Source: an uncultured Gammaproteobacteria bacterium (GTDB taxonomy: Bacteria; Patescibacteriota; Patescibacteriia; VMEV01; CAYQCH01). From it: a stretch of 64,000 bases of DNA. The translations under genes and the position numbers were made by a program. Positions 55,078 to 64,000 of this stretch are shown here, one piece after another (position 1 is the stretch's first letter; every line of letters starts with the position of its first letter). Under the pieces are notes generated by a model. The model did not search any database, had not been told where the DNA came from, and saw only the letters and a list, made by a program, of their open reading frames with translations. The stretch covers positions 2,962-66,961 of the forward strand of contig CAZDCG010000001.1 in the NCBI GenBank assembly GCA_964503955.1, read 5' to 3'.

Positions 55078-56022
55078 CTATGCGTCTGTTTTCTTAAAAA
55101 CGGTCTTTGTCTGCTCTTTCATTTTGCTTCCCTTTCCGGTTTTCGTAAAAAGTCCTGATAGCCACCCAAGAAACAGGCTCAGCGGCGTGAAAAACAAGAT
55201 CACAAGAAAAGCAAACCAGTGTTTATGCTTGCGGAAATAATATCGGAGACTTTTCAGATACCACCGCTGCTTTCGCAAAGACCGCACCTTGTCGAAGCTG
55301 TCTCCGCCAGCATGCGTCAGCGAAATATGGGCGTTATAGTAGATTTTATACGCTGAACGGTCGGCGACTCTCCTGCAGAAATCCACCTCATCAAACCACA
55401 AAAAAAAGGTCTCATCAAATATGCCTACCGCCTCGAATACTTCTCTGCGAACCATCAAACATGCTCCCATAACCTGCTCCACTTCCTGGGTTTCCTGATA
55501 GTTGAAATCTCTCCACAAATACCTTGACAAAGCGCGGCTGTCCGGGAAGAGAACATGGAGCTTAAGAATGATGAGCAGCTGATCGATCAACCCCGGTCTT
55601 CTTCTTACGGAACGCTGCGTTGAACCGTCTTCATTGAGCAGATGAGGACCAGCCACTCCGATGGCGGGGTATTCATCCATAAATGCCACAAGCCGCTCCA
55701 TAGTATGGTCGACACTTTGCGTGTCAGGATTCAACACGCAAATATAACGTCCCTGCGCGGCTTCAATTCCCTGGTTTACTGCTGTTGCCCAGCCTTTATT
55801 GTCCTGGTTATCAATGATTTTTACTCCCGGAAAGGCATTCATGGCAAGCTGCAGTGTTTTGTCTTGAGACGCATTGTCAACCACGATCACTTCGAATGTG
55901 ATTTCCGATATTTGTTTGAAAATGGACTCAAGGCAGCGCTGAATCCATGCCTCAGAATTCCAGGTTACGATGACGATTGATAAATCCATAGCCTCTTTCG
56001 AAGTATTCACATCAGTTTTCAA
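55078..56022 (-). CDS. Glycosyltransferase family 2
   Basis: LSIVIVTWNSEAWIQRCLESI...VIVVDNASQD...DxD region (NPDTQ). GT-A fold. Confidence 0.88.
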   Translation of the reverse strand: MKTDVNTSKEAMDLSIVIVTWNSEAWIQRCLESIFKQISEITFEVIVVDNASQDKTLQLAMNAFPGVKIIDNQDNKGWATAVNQGIEAAQGRYICVLNPDTQSVDHTMERLVAFMDEYPAIGVAGPHLLNEDGSTQRSVRRRPGLIDQLLIILKLHVLFPDSRALSRYLWRDFNYQETQEVEQVMGACLMVRREVFEAVGIFDETFFLWFDEVDFCRRVADRSAYKIYYNAHISLTHAGGDSFDKVRSLRKQRWYLKSLRYYFRKHKHWFAFLVILFFTPLSLFLGWLSGLFTKTGKGSKMKEQTKTVFKKTDA

Positions 56023-56025
56023 ACA

Positions 56026-57195
56026 TTACCATTTCTTTTTGATATGAGCCAGCATCATCCCGACTCTCGCGTTCCAGGAATGAAGGGAAACAAGTTCAAC
56101 CCTGGACAAGATTTTTTCAGGGGTGTTTTCTCTTAAAACACGCGCGATTTGCTCTGAAAACTTCGCAGGATCAGCCGCAATGGCAAGCTCTTCATCAACA
56201 TAATCAAGGCCGGTGGAAACGGTGCTGACAACCGGCTTGCCCGCAGCCAGATATTCATAAATTTTCATCGGATTCATGCTTGCAGACAATCCGTTCCGTT
56301 TATGAGGAACAATTCCAACATCAATTGACGCCAGCAAATCGCTTAATTCCGTAAAACGCACTCGGCCGGGAAACCGGACATTCGCATACGCAGCCCGTAA
56401 TTTCGCCACCTGGGGTTTGACGGAATCCCAGACGGGGCCATAAAGGACGAACTCTTTATCCTGATGGCGTTTAAGAAGCTCTTCAAGCAAGTCAAAATCA
56501 ATTCTTTCTTCAATGGTTCCCACGTAGCCAACCACTGGTTTTTGATTGACCAGCAATCCGGGTTGGATACGCACGGTATCAACGCCATTGGGGATCCAAT
56601 ACGTTGAAGGATTGCTGAATTTCTGCGTAAGCGTATCTGATACGGTAAAAATCAAATCCGCCTGTTGATCAATGGTTTGATAATTTTGTGCAAGCAGGTC
56701 CCAATCTTTTTTAAACCGCGGATGCTGAGTCCAGTCATCTACTGCATCAAAGATCTTCAGCTTTGCTTTCAAAGCAAAAAAGGCTGGAACAAACGGATTA
56801 TAATTCCATAAAATCAGCTGCTCACGATTAAACCCTAACTGATCAATAGAACGATCCAATAACCTCATCGTCGATTTTTCCGGCCGCAAAAAACCTGCTC
56901 CGACAAAGGCCTGCGGCTCAATCTCGATCTCTGAAAAAATACCCTCTGCCGGAATGATTTTATGAGACCAGCCAGCGAGGCGTCCGGTATCTCTGGTAAA
57001 CATTTTCATGGCATACCGCAGTGTGCGCATTTTTCCAAACAACCTCTTTTTTGGCTGAATCGCCAGAAAATCAATCAGGAGCACCTTCTTTGTTTCCGGC
57101 CTGCGTAAAATCTCCTCAACAATAAAAAAATTCCTATTAACGATTCCTCGTTTCCAATCTTCCAAATTGGACATGTTCAAGAAGACGTACTCCAT
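56026..57195 (-). CDS. Glycosyltransferase (GT1/GT4-like GT-B C-terminal domain)
   Basis: The C-terminal Rossmann half GTIEERIDFDLLEELL...KIYEYLAAGKPVVST. The N-terminal half is divergent. Confidence 0.6.
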   Translation of the reverse strand: MEYVFLNMSNLEDWKRGIVNRNFFIVEEILRRPETKKVLLIDFLAIQPKKRLFGKMRTLRYAMKMFTRDTGRLAGWSHKIIPAEGIFSEIEIEPQAFVGAGFLRPEKSTMRLLDRSIDQLGFNREQLILWNYNPFVPAFFALKAKLKIFDAVDDWTQHPRFKKDWDLLAQNYQTIDQQADLIFTVSDTLTQKFSNPSTYWIPNGVDTVRIQPGLLVNQKPVVGYVGTIEERIDFDLLEELLKRHQDKEFVLYGPVWDSVKPQVAKLRAAYANVRFPGRVRFTELSDLLASIDVGIVPHKRNGLSASMNPMKIYEYLAAGKPVVSTVSTGLDYVDEELAIAADPAKFSEQIARVLRENTPEKILSRVELVSLHSWNARVGMMLAHIKKKW

Positions 57196-57196
57196 A

Positions 57197-58297
57197 TCAG
57201 GATAAAATGTTCTTTAACTGCTCAACGCTCCGTTGCCAGGAAAATTCACCCTGCAGCCGCGTTTTTGCTTGTGCGCCAAGCTGGCGTGCAAAACCGGGAT
57301 CTTTAAGCAGCTCAACAACGGCTTGAGCAATCTGCTCAGGATTATTTCCGTCAATGCATAATCCGGTTTCTCCGTTGATCACGGCTTCGGTTACCCCGCC
57401 GCTCTTGCCAGCGACGACCGGCTTCCCCCGCCAACCAGCTTGCAAATACACAATGCCAAAACCTTCAATATCATCAGGCAGCTGGCGCGCCGGCATTACA
57501 AAGATATCAGCCAGCTCAAACCAGGTATCTCGCTCCTCATCATCGACACTGCCCGTAAATAACACAGCGCGCCCATATGCCTTAGCCAGGCTTTGCAGTT
57601 CCTCTTTATACGGACCGTCTCCAACGATAACATAGAGCGCATCGTCGAAGCGATGCAAAATCAACCCAAGGGCCTGAAGCATTCGATCTACTCCTTTTCT
57701 TGGAACAAGGCGCCCTACGGTGAGAAGAATCTTTTTTCCTTCTAAAGAATATTGTTGGCGCAACCGCCGCAAACGTTCTTGGTCTGCTGGTTTTGGCTGA
57801 GGCGGTATCGGGTAAACGACGCTTATTTTTAATTCTCCGGCAAACTCTCTGATCAGCTTGGAAACAGCGTTTGAATTTGTGATGATGCCTTTCGCTCCCT
57901 GCAAAATATTTCTTGCCAGCCAGCGTTTGCGCGGACTTGCCTGAGCCTGCAGCAAGTCCATTCCATGGATTTGGACAAAATACTCAATCGGCATGACCCG
58001 CGAAAGCAGCCAAACCATGGAACCGACCGGAAGCAATTGATCAGCGATAATTTGCTCAATATTCCGCGATTTGACCATGCGGGCAATGACAAAAATACCT
58101 TTCAGCCAGCTTGGCCAAACGCGCTTAAAAAAAAGCCGGCTGTTGACAATATGCGTATTGGGAGATGCAAACGGCTTTCCGCCGTTCAGCACGAAAAATA
58201 CATCTGCAGGCAGACTTTCCGTGACTTGTTTCCAATACTGCGCGATACCGCCGGTTGCGGGAGGATAATCGATTGTGACAAGCAGCGTTTTTTTCAT
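57197..58297 (-). CDS. Glycosyltransferase family 4
   Basis: LTVGRLVPRKGVD...EGFGIVYLQAGWRGKPVVAGKSGGVTEAVINGETGL. Confidence 0.88.
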   Translation of the reverse strand: MKKTLLVTIDYPPATGGIAQYWKQVTESLPADVFFVLNGGKPFASPNTHIVNSRLFFKRVWPSWLKGIFVIARMVKSRNIEQIIADQLLPVGSMVWLLSRVMPIEYFVQIHGMDLLQAQASPRKRWLARNILQGAKGIITNSNAVSKLIREFAGELKISVVYPIPPQPKPADQERLRRLRQQYSLEGKKILLTVGRLVPRKGVDRMLQALGLILHRFDDALYVIVGDGPYKEELQSLAKAYGRAVLFTGSVDDEERDTWFELADIFVMPARQLPDDIEGFGIVYLQAGWRGKPVVAGKSGGVTEAVINGETGLCIDGNNPEQIAQAVVELLKDPGFARQLGAQAKTRLQGEFSWQRSVEQLKNILS

Positions 58298-59751
58298 ACT
58301 GTCTCCACAGGTTGTTTTCTAAAGCTTGCAATAAAGCTGCGAAAATCAGCGATCGTTACCACTCGCAAAATAATAACGCCAAATCCATAGATAATCGCGC
58401 CAAAAGGCACCAGCAGCGCAAAATGGATATAGGGCCGCAGCAGCAGGATCAGAGCTCCCATAAAGATAGCGGAAAGGCAAATGCGGAAAAAAGCAAACCG
58501 GAGGGATCGCCAGTCCACTTTGGCAGCAGAACGAACCCAGTAAATCCCCATGACCGCCATCAGCGCGTAGCTCGCCAAGGCGGCAATAGATGCCCCAAGA
58601 TATGAAAAGAACGGAATGAGCAACAAGTTTAGAATGATATTGACCACCATGACTGTGCCCCTCGTAATGGTGTTTTTCTTTTGCAAACCCATGGCAGAAA
58701 GCAAGGATCCCAGCGGCCATTCCACGAATCCGAAAATAACTCCCCATACGAGAATATACATCGCAGGAATCGATGCGGAGAATTCCCGAGTATACAATTC
58801 TGAAATGATGGGATTGGCAAGCGTGCATATGCCAATCGCCGTGGGCACGGCAAGCAGCAGGAGAAACAGCATCGCTCGTTCAAAGATTTCCACCATCTTC
58901 TCTGTGTCGCGCTGGTAATAATGGCTCATGGCGGGATAAATCGCCGCAGAAAAGGCTGATGGGATGAATTGCAATGCAAAAACAATTTTGTTCGGCACCG
59001 AATAAAACCCCACGGCGGCGCTCCCCGCCATCAGATTCAGCATAACCGAATCAATTGAAGAAAAGACACGCGAAAACGCTCCCGCCATGCCAAATGAAAA
59101 TGATTCCCGCAAAAATCCTTCTTTCTTGTAGGCGTATTGAAATGACGGCACCGCCCAGAATCCCAAACGAAGCCGCACGAGAGCCGTGGCATAGACGCCG
59201 ATCAGCACGCTTCCCAAAAGCAAGGCTGTAACAAGGATGGAAATTGACGCTCCCATCAAGAGCCCGCCAAGCCCGACAAGAAAGACCATCAGCTGCCCCA
59301 TGACAACGGATGCCGCCTCATACTTAAGCTGATGATGCCCGCGAAATGCGCTCCAGAGCGTCAAGTTATACGAATCAACCACCATGAGCGCCAGAGCGAT
59401 GAAAATCATTCTCTGCACGAGCGGATCAAGAGGCATGAAGTGGCTAATGACGACACCAAGCGCAACAGTCGCCAGCGCGTAATAGGTCTTGATGCGAAGC
59501 GTATGTTGGACAATGGTTTTGGTTTGATCAGGATGCTGCGCGATTTCACGTTGAATCGAAGGCGCAAGTCCAAAATCAATCAGCACGGAAAAAATGGTAC
59601 TGTAAGAAAGCGCAAAAACGTAGGCCCCCGTATCAACCACGCCAACAAGCCGTGCAATGAGCGTGAAATACGTGAACGACAAAATTTTCTGCGCGATGAA
59701 TGCAGAGCTCAAATAGGCCGTATTGCGTATGATTGATTGTTTCGAGGACAT
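58294..59751 (-). CDS. wzx: Polysaccharide/O-unit flippase Wzx (MOP/PST family)
   Basis: ~14 TM. N-terminal PST-family pattern IRNTAYLSSAFIAQKILSFTYFTLIAR. The start is set at MSSKQ. Confidence 0.85.
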   Translation of the reverse strand: MSSKQSIIRNTAYLSSAFIAQKILSFTYFTLIARLVGVVDTGAYVFALSYSTIFSVLIDFGLAPSIQREIAQHPDQTKTIVQHTLRIKTYYALATVALGVVISHFMPLDPLVQRMIFIALALMVVDSYNLTLWSAFRGHHQLKYEAASVVMGQLMVFLVGLGGLLMGASISILVTALLLGSVLIGVYATALVRLRLGFWAVPSFQYAYKKEGFLRESFSFGMAGAFSRVFSSIDSVMLNLMAGSAAVGFYSVPNKIVFALQFIPSAFSAAIYPAMSHYYQRDTEKMVEIFERAMLFLLLLAVPTAIGICTLANPIISELYTREFSASIPAMYILVWGVIFGFVEWPLGSLLSAMGLQKKNTITRGTVMVVNIILNLLLIPFFSYLGASIAALASYALMAVMGIYWVRSAAKVDWRSLRFAFFRICLSAIFMGALILLLRPYIHFALLVPFGAIIYGFGVIILRVVTIADFRSFIASFRKQPVETV

Positions 59752-59870
59752 AGACGCATTGCAAGGCATCTCAGATTTCCAGACGCGCAAGCGAGAAAGA
59801 CAGATTCAACAAATCATCTGAGTAACAGCAATCTCTCGCTTATTTCACCAAGAGACCGATCAGCTCCGGG

Positions 59871-60008
59871 CTAATCACAGCAACCTTCTTTAAACCCGCA
59901 GACGGGACAACGATCTTCAACGGTACCAATGATAAAATCTGGTCTTAAGAAACCGCATTTAACACAGCGCACCAGCTTTTTTCCAGATTCAGAGTCTTCA
60001 AACCGCAT
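59871..60008 (-). CDS. Small zinc-ribbon protein (45 aa; CxxC-N17-CxxC), not in ORF track
   Basis: MRFEDSESGKKLVRCVKCGFLRPDFIIGTVEDRCPVCGFKEGCCD. Same strand as, and immediately downstream of, the rpsI-rplM cluster. Confidence 0.4.
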   Translation of the reverse strand: MRFEDSESGKKLVRCVKCGFLRPDFIIGTVEDRCPVCGFKEGCCD

Positions 60009-60141
60009 AGTGGAATCAAAAGCAGTATAGCATCACGGCCATCGACAAACCACCCGGAAAACAAAGAACAGGGTCTCCCCTGTCCTTTCAAAAACTTTGC
60101 TGAATTGCGAAGCAGTTGAGAATACTCGATGCTCCAGCGTA

Positions 60142-60564
60142 TTAACGTTTTGACCACTGCGGAGCACGTCGCGCGCGTCGCAAACCGTATTTCTTTCGTT
60201 CCTTCACGCGAGGATCTCTGCTCAAGTATCCGCCTTTTTTGACCATTGAGCGCATGGTTTCATCCTGTTCAACGATCGCGCGGGCAACCCCCAGACGAAC
60301 CGCATCAGACTGCCCTTTTTTCCCGCCGCCAATGACGTGAACAGACACATCGTGCGTATCAAGCAGGTTATTTACCGCCAGAGATTCCAAAGCACGGTCT
60401 ACAAGCCCTTTGTCTTGAAAGTAGTCCTGAGCGGTTTTGTCGTTGACAACGAAGACACCGCTTCCTTTCGGATAAAGACGCACCTGGGCAATCGCGCTCT
60501 TGCGTCGGCCAACAGCAGCGATATACGTTCGGTTTCCTGGTTTGAATGCTTCTTTTTCGCTCAT
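60142..60564 (-). CDS. rpsI: 30S ribosomal protein S9
   Basis: GRRKSAIAQVRLYPG...GGGKKGQSDAVRLGVARAI...RDPRVKERKKYGLRRARRAPQWSKR. Confidence 0.95.
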   Translation of the reverse strand: MSEKEAFKPGNRTYIAAVGRRKSAIAQVRLYPKGSGVFVVNDKTAQDYFQDKGLVDRALESLAVNNLLDTHDVSVHVIGGGKKGQSDAVRLGVARAIVEQDETMRSMVKKGGYLSRDPRVKERKKYGLRRARRAPQWSKR

Positions 60565-60567
60565 ACG

Positions 60568-60945
60568 TTATGCTTGTTCTTTCTTAAAAACGAGGCGCTT
60601 CATCATATGCGCGCGCAGTTTATTTGTCGGCAGCATATTGTACACAGCGTCCTGGATCACTTCTTCATGACCTCGGCGAGCAACACGCTCAGCATAGGTT
60701 TCGCTCTTTAATCCGCCCGGATGCCCGCTGTGGCGATGGTACATCTTCTGCGTTGCTTTTCCTCCGGTTACTTTCACCTGATCAGCATTGACGATCTCGA
60801 CAAAATCCCCGCCATCGATATGCGGCTGGAAACTTGGTTTATGTTTGCCACGAAGCAAGGTCGCAATTTGCGACGCAAGGCGACCCAGCGGTTTGCCGGC
60901 CGCGTCAATCTGATGAGTTTCTCTTTGTACTTCTTTGACTGCCAT
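60568..60945 (-). CDS. rplM: 50S ribosomal protein L13
   Basis: IDAAGKPLGRLASQIATLLRGKHKPSFQPHIDGGDFVEIVNADQVKVTG. The start is moved to MAVKEV, which avoids overlap with rplQ. Confidence 0.9.
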   Translation of the reverse strand: MAVKEVQRETHQIDAAGKPLGRLASQIATLLRGKHKPSFQPHIDGGDFVEIVNADQVKVTGGKATQKMYHRHSGHPGGLKSETYAERVARRGHEEVIQDAVYNMLPTNKLRAHMMKRLVFKKEQA

Positions 60946-60949
60946 ATGA

Positions 60950-61300
60950 TTATACGAATTCCAATTGAACAACTCTTGCCGCGTCTCCCTGTCTCTGCCC
61001 GATCTTGATGATGCGCATATATCCGCCTGGGCGCTCCTTATAACGAGGTCCGATTTCTTCAAGCAGCTTGTTTACGGCTTTTTCGTCATAGAAGAATTTC
61101 AGCAACTGGCGTCGCGTATGAAGATCTGTCTTGCGGCTGAGCGTAACATACTTTTCAACCAATGGCTTGACGGCTTTGGCTTTCGCCTCGGTTGTGCGCA
61201 CTTTTTCATACAGAACAACGCTTGTCGCCAGGTTTCTCATCAATGCCTGTCGAGGTCCTTTTTCTCTGCCGAGAGTTTTTCCTTTCTTTCTATGACGCAT
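60950..61300 (-). CDS. rplQ: 50S ribosomal protein L17
   Basis: MRHRKKGKTLGREKGPRQALMRNLATSVVLYEKVRTTEAKAK. Confidence 0.93.
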   Translation of the reverse strand: MRHRKKGKTLGREKGPRQALMRNLATSVVLYEKVRTTEAKAKAVKPLVEKYVTLSRKTDLHTRRQLLKFFYDEKAVNKLLEEIGPRYKERPGGYMRIIKIGQRQGDAARVVQLEFV

Positions 61301-61320
61301 ACAAATTTCCTTTCTGCTTA

Positions 61321-62163
61321 TTATTCACCGGGAAGCTTAAATTCCTCCGTATCAGCTTCTTTTGTCTCAGGAGCCGGCGCGGCCACTTCGCTCATGCCTC
61401 GGAATTCTTCCTCGGCTTCGCGTTGCGCCTGTTCCGGATCCATTTCAACTGAATCAGTGCGTTCCGTCTGCGGTTCAAGATCTTTTTCCAAAAGAAGATT
61501 GAAGTGATCAACAAGAATCTGAGATGCAAGCGCAACAGCTTCCTTTGGAGGGACTGTTCCGTCGGTTTCGATATCAAGCGTAACCCGTTCGAAGTTTGTC
61601 ACCTGTCCGACACGAACGTTCTCCACGTTCATGGCGACGTTTTTGATCGGCGTATAGATCGAATCAATGGCGATCATGCCGATTTCCTTTTTTTCGTCGC
61701 TTCGTGATTCTGTCGGGATATACCCGCGGCCTCGGTCGGCGATCAGTTCCATTTCAAGCTCGGTTTTATCGTCAGTCAAGGTAGCAATAACCAGGTCCTT
61801 GTTGACGATCTCTACGTCGGCATTTCCTTTAATATCAGCCGCGGTAACCGCGCCTTTCCCCTTTTTCTTGAGCGTAAGGCGGACATCTCCGTCGGTATGG
61901 ACGCGCAGACTCAGCTGTTTGATGTTGAGGATAATATCAACGACATCTTCTTTTACGCCGTCAATTGTTGAGAATTCATGGTCCACCCCTTTAATCTTTA
62001 CGAACTTCACCGCTGCCCCAGGAATCGAAGACAGGAGAACGCGCCGCAAAGCATTTCCGATTGTCAAACCATAGCGCTCGAAGAGCGGTTCGATAACCAG
62101 CTGAGAGCGACGGCTGTCGATCTCTTTGAGTTCGAATTTATTTGGCAATGGGATCTTGTCCAT
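61321..62163 (-). CDS. rpoA: DNA-directed RNA polymerase subunit alpha (N-terminal domain only; C-terminal domain replaced by acidic tail)
   Basis: The alpha-NTD is conserved (LTIGNALRRVLLSSIPGAAV...). After ~aa 225 the sequence is an acidic low-complexity tail with no HhH alpha-CTD. Confidence 0.85.
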   Translation of the reverse strand: MDKIPLPNKFELKEIDSRRSQLVIEPLFERYGLTIGNALRRVLLSSIPGAAVKFVKIKGVDHEFSTIDGVKEDVVDIILNIKQLSLRVHTDGDVRLTLKKKGKGAVTAADIKGNADVEIVNKDLVIATLTDDKTELEMELIADRGRGYIPTESRSDEKKEIGMIAIDSIYTPIKNVAMNVENVRVGQVTNFERVTLDIETDGTVPPKEAVALASQILVDHFNLLLEKDLEPQTERTDSVEMDPEQAQREAEEEFRGMSEVAAPAPETKEADTEEFKLPGE

Positions 62164-62193
62164 AAGTTTGCGATTAAAGCGGGGATGTTTATT

Positions 62194-62829
62194 TTAGAAT
62201 CGAGAGTAGTACTCAATGATCTGGTCTGCCTGTACGCTTTCTTCAAGATCATCTGCCTGAGGCATGCTCACAACTTTGCCTTCAAGCTGTTCAGCATTGA
62301 GCGTCAACCAGGAAGGAAGCTGTTTCTGCTTGAGTTTTTCATTGAGATCCCGGAACAATGGGGTTTTCTTGCTCTGTTCGCGAATGGTGATCACATCACC
62401 GGTTTTCACCTGGTATGACGGAATATTCATGCGCTTTCCATTAAGCATGAAATGGTCATGAGAAACCATCTGGCGAGCCTGGGCGCGGGAATTCGCGTAC
62501 CCAAGGCGATAGATCACATTGTCAAATCGGCGCTCAAGCAGGCGCTTCAAATCAGTCGCGCTGTCTGCCTGCGCAAGGGCTTTTTTGTAGTAATTTACGA
62601 ATTGCTTTTCCATGACGCCGTAGATGCGCTTTGCCTTCTGCTTGGCGCGCAGCTGCTGACCGTATTCAGAAAGTCGTGGCTGGCGCTTGATTCCATGCAT
62701 ACCAGGAACATAGCTGCGCTTAACAATAGCGCACTTTGAGGTATGGCAGCGTTCCCCCTTTAAGAAAAGCTTTTCGCCCTCTCGGCGGCACATTCTGCAG
62801 GATGCTTGTTGTGTCATTGTTCGTCCCAT
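62194..62829 (-). CDS. rpsD: 30S ribosomal protein S4
   Basis: CRMCRREGEKLFLKGERC, an S4 RNA-binding domain. Confidence 0.93.
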   Translation of the reverse strand: MGRTMTQQASCRMCRREGEKLFLKGERCHTSKCAIVKRSYVPGMHGIKRQPRLSEYGQQLRAKQKAKRIYGVMEKQFVNYYKKALAQADSATDLKRLLERRFDNVIYRLGYANSRAQARQMVSHDHFMLNGKRMNIPSYQVKTGDVITIREQSKKTPLFRDLNEKLKQKQLPSWLTLNAEQLEGKVVSMPQADDLEESVQADQIIEYYSRF

Positions 62830-62844
62830 ACAAGATAGTTTAGA

Positions 62845-63234
62845 TTACACGCGGCGAGGGCGTGGCGCACGGCAACCGTTGTGAGGAATAGGCGTTACGT
62901 CTCGAATAGACATCACCTGAAGTCCGTTCGCATTTAATGATCGGATTGCTGATTCACGTCCGGATCCGACTCCCTTTACATACACATCCACTTCTTTGAT
63001 TCCCATTTCCATGGCTTTTGTCGCCGCATCCTTTACAATCAAACCAGCCGCATAGGCGGTTGATTTCTTTGGTCCGCGGAATCCCATTTTCCCCGCGCTT
63101 GCCCAGGCTACGACATTTCCATTCTGATCACAGATGGAAACAATCGTATTGTTATATGTTGCCTTCACGTGAGCCTGACCGCGAGGTCCGGCAACCTGAG
63201 ACTTCTTTTTCTTCTTTGGTGCTTGAACTGCCAT
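62845..63234 (-). CDS. rpsK: 30S ribosomal protein S11
   Basis: [33 protein letters not shown]...[15 protein letters not shown]. Confidence 0.95.
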   Translation of the reverse strand: MAVQAPKKKKKSQVAGPRGQAHVKATYNNTIVSICDQNGNVVAWASAGKMGFRGPKKSTAYAAGLIVKDAATKAMEMGIKEVDVYVKGVGSGRESAIRSLNANGLQVMSIRDVTPIPHNGCRAPRPRRV

Positions 63235-63239
63235 AGTTA

Positions 63240-63626
63240 TTAGGTCTTAGAGACGGTTACGCGCCCGCTTCCCATTGTACGCCGCACATTGCCACGCACG
63301 GTTCGGCTATTTGTCTTGGTGCGCTGGCCGCGGGCAGGCAAATGCCGTGAATGACGGATACCACGGTAGGTTCCGATTGTTTTTAGGCGGCGGACATTCG
63401 TCAGCACGTCTCGGCGAAGATCACCTTCAATGGAAAAGTTTTTTGAAATATAGTCACGGATCTTATCAAGATCAGCTTCTGAAATATCTTTGGTTCGGGT
63501 TTTCTCATCGATCTTAACCGCTTTGAGAATTTCTTGAGAGCGCGTTAAGCCGATACCGTAGATATAGGTAAGAGCAATAACGATGCGTTTTTCAGTTGGG
63601 ATGTTTACACCAGCGACACGTGCCAT
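63240..63626 (-). CDS. rpsM: 30S ribosomal protein S13
   Basis: [26 protein letters not shown]...[22 protein letters not shown]. Confidence 0.95.
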   Translation of the reverse strand: MARVAGVNIPTEKRIVIALTYIYGIGLTRSQEILKAVKIDEKTRTKDISEADLDKIRDYISKNFSIEGDLRRDVLTNVRRLKTIGTYRGIRHSRHLPARGQRTKTNSRTVRGNVRRTMGSGRVTVSKT

Positions 63627-63644
63627 AGTAGTTCAGATTTCCAA

Positions 63645-63758
63645 TTAACCCTGTCTTTGTTTGTGACGGGGATTTTTGCAGATAACAACGACGCGCCCCT
63701 TTCGGCGGGTAGTTTTGCAATCTTTACAGCGCTTTTTTACAGATGCCTGGACTTTCAT
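63645..63758 (-). CDS. rpmJ: 50S ribosomal protein L36 (not in ORF track)
   Basis: The reverse-strand translation is [37 protein letters not shown] (37 aa). Confidence 0.9.
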   Translation of the reverse strand: MKVQASVKKRCKDCKTTRRKGRVVVICKNPRHKQRQG

Positions 63759-63766
63759 ATGCGGGA

Positions 63767-64000
63767 CTAGTAGCGAAAGACAATGCGTCCTTTTGTTAAA
63801 TCGTAAGGAGTCATTTCAACTTTGACTTTGTCGCCCGGTGTAATGCGGATGCGGAACATGCGCATTTTTCCAGAAAGATGCGTAAGAATCTCATGGCCGT
63901 TTTCAAGCTGGACTCTGAATGATCCGGCTGGAAGCGATTCTGTTACTTCACCGTCAACGTGGACAAAGTCTCCTCCTTTTTTTCCAGCAGCTTGCGCTCG
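63767..64000 (-). CDS. infA: Translation initiation factor IF-1, partial (N-terminus beyond window end)
   Basis: The reverse-strand translation ends ...[72 protein letters not shown]. Confidence 0.9.
   Translation of the reverse strand, partial: RAQAAGKKGGDFVHVDGEVTESLPAGSFRVQLENGHEILTHLSGKMRMFRIRITPGDKVKVEMTPYDLTKGRIVFRY

Overview
The window is a gene-dense, mostly minus-strand bacterial segment of about 47% GC. Small genes, RpoA without a C-terminal domain, and many DUF559/GIY-YIG mini-nucleases suggest (inference) a small-genome bacterium, possibly CPR/Patescibacteria-like.

Housekeeping content:
- DNA repair: uvrA, uvrB, mfd, recJ, rnhA.
- Translation factors typA/bipA and lepA, plus an r-protein/rpoA/infA block at the 3' end.
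- Envelope and division: murJ, ftsEX with an RlpA-like lipoprotein, ftsB-like.
- A surface-glycan cluster: priming sugar transferase, several GT2/GT4 glycosyltransferases, a Wzx flippase and a Wzy-like protein.
- mgtE, an ECF sigma/anti-sigma pair, and a 1217-aa surface protein.

Non-standard content, which is the main interest:
1. Three small GIY-YIG (YhbQ/COG2827-like) nuclease genes. Two abut the 5' end of complete tRNA genes (tRNA-Gln, tRNA-Thr) and are preceded by duplicated or degenerate tRNA 5' fragments. The third is frameshifted and flanked by 20-bp terminal inverted repeats embedded in hairpins.
2. A REP-associated tyrosine transposase (RAYT) flanked on both sides by arrays of a 3-hairpin REP unit (~147 bp downstream, ~122 bp upstream).
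3. A 76-bp tandem repeat, about 4 copies, seeded by the 3' end of tRNA-Thr.
4. An RNase P RNA gene that the ORF track overlays with spurious ORFs. Its terminator directly abuts the start codon of the priming sugar transferase.
5. An IS481-family element.
6. A ~62% GC island carrying an ATP-grasp ligase.
7. A ~900-bp ORF-free structured region.
8. A ~115-aa internally duplicated domain shared by three secreted proteins that I do not recognise.

I also recovered a partial LamG-domain gene at the window start and an L36 gene that the ORF track misses.
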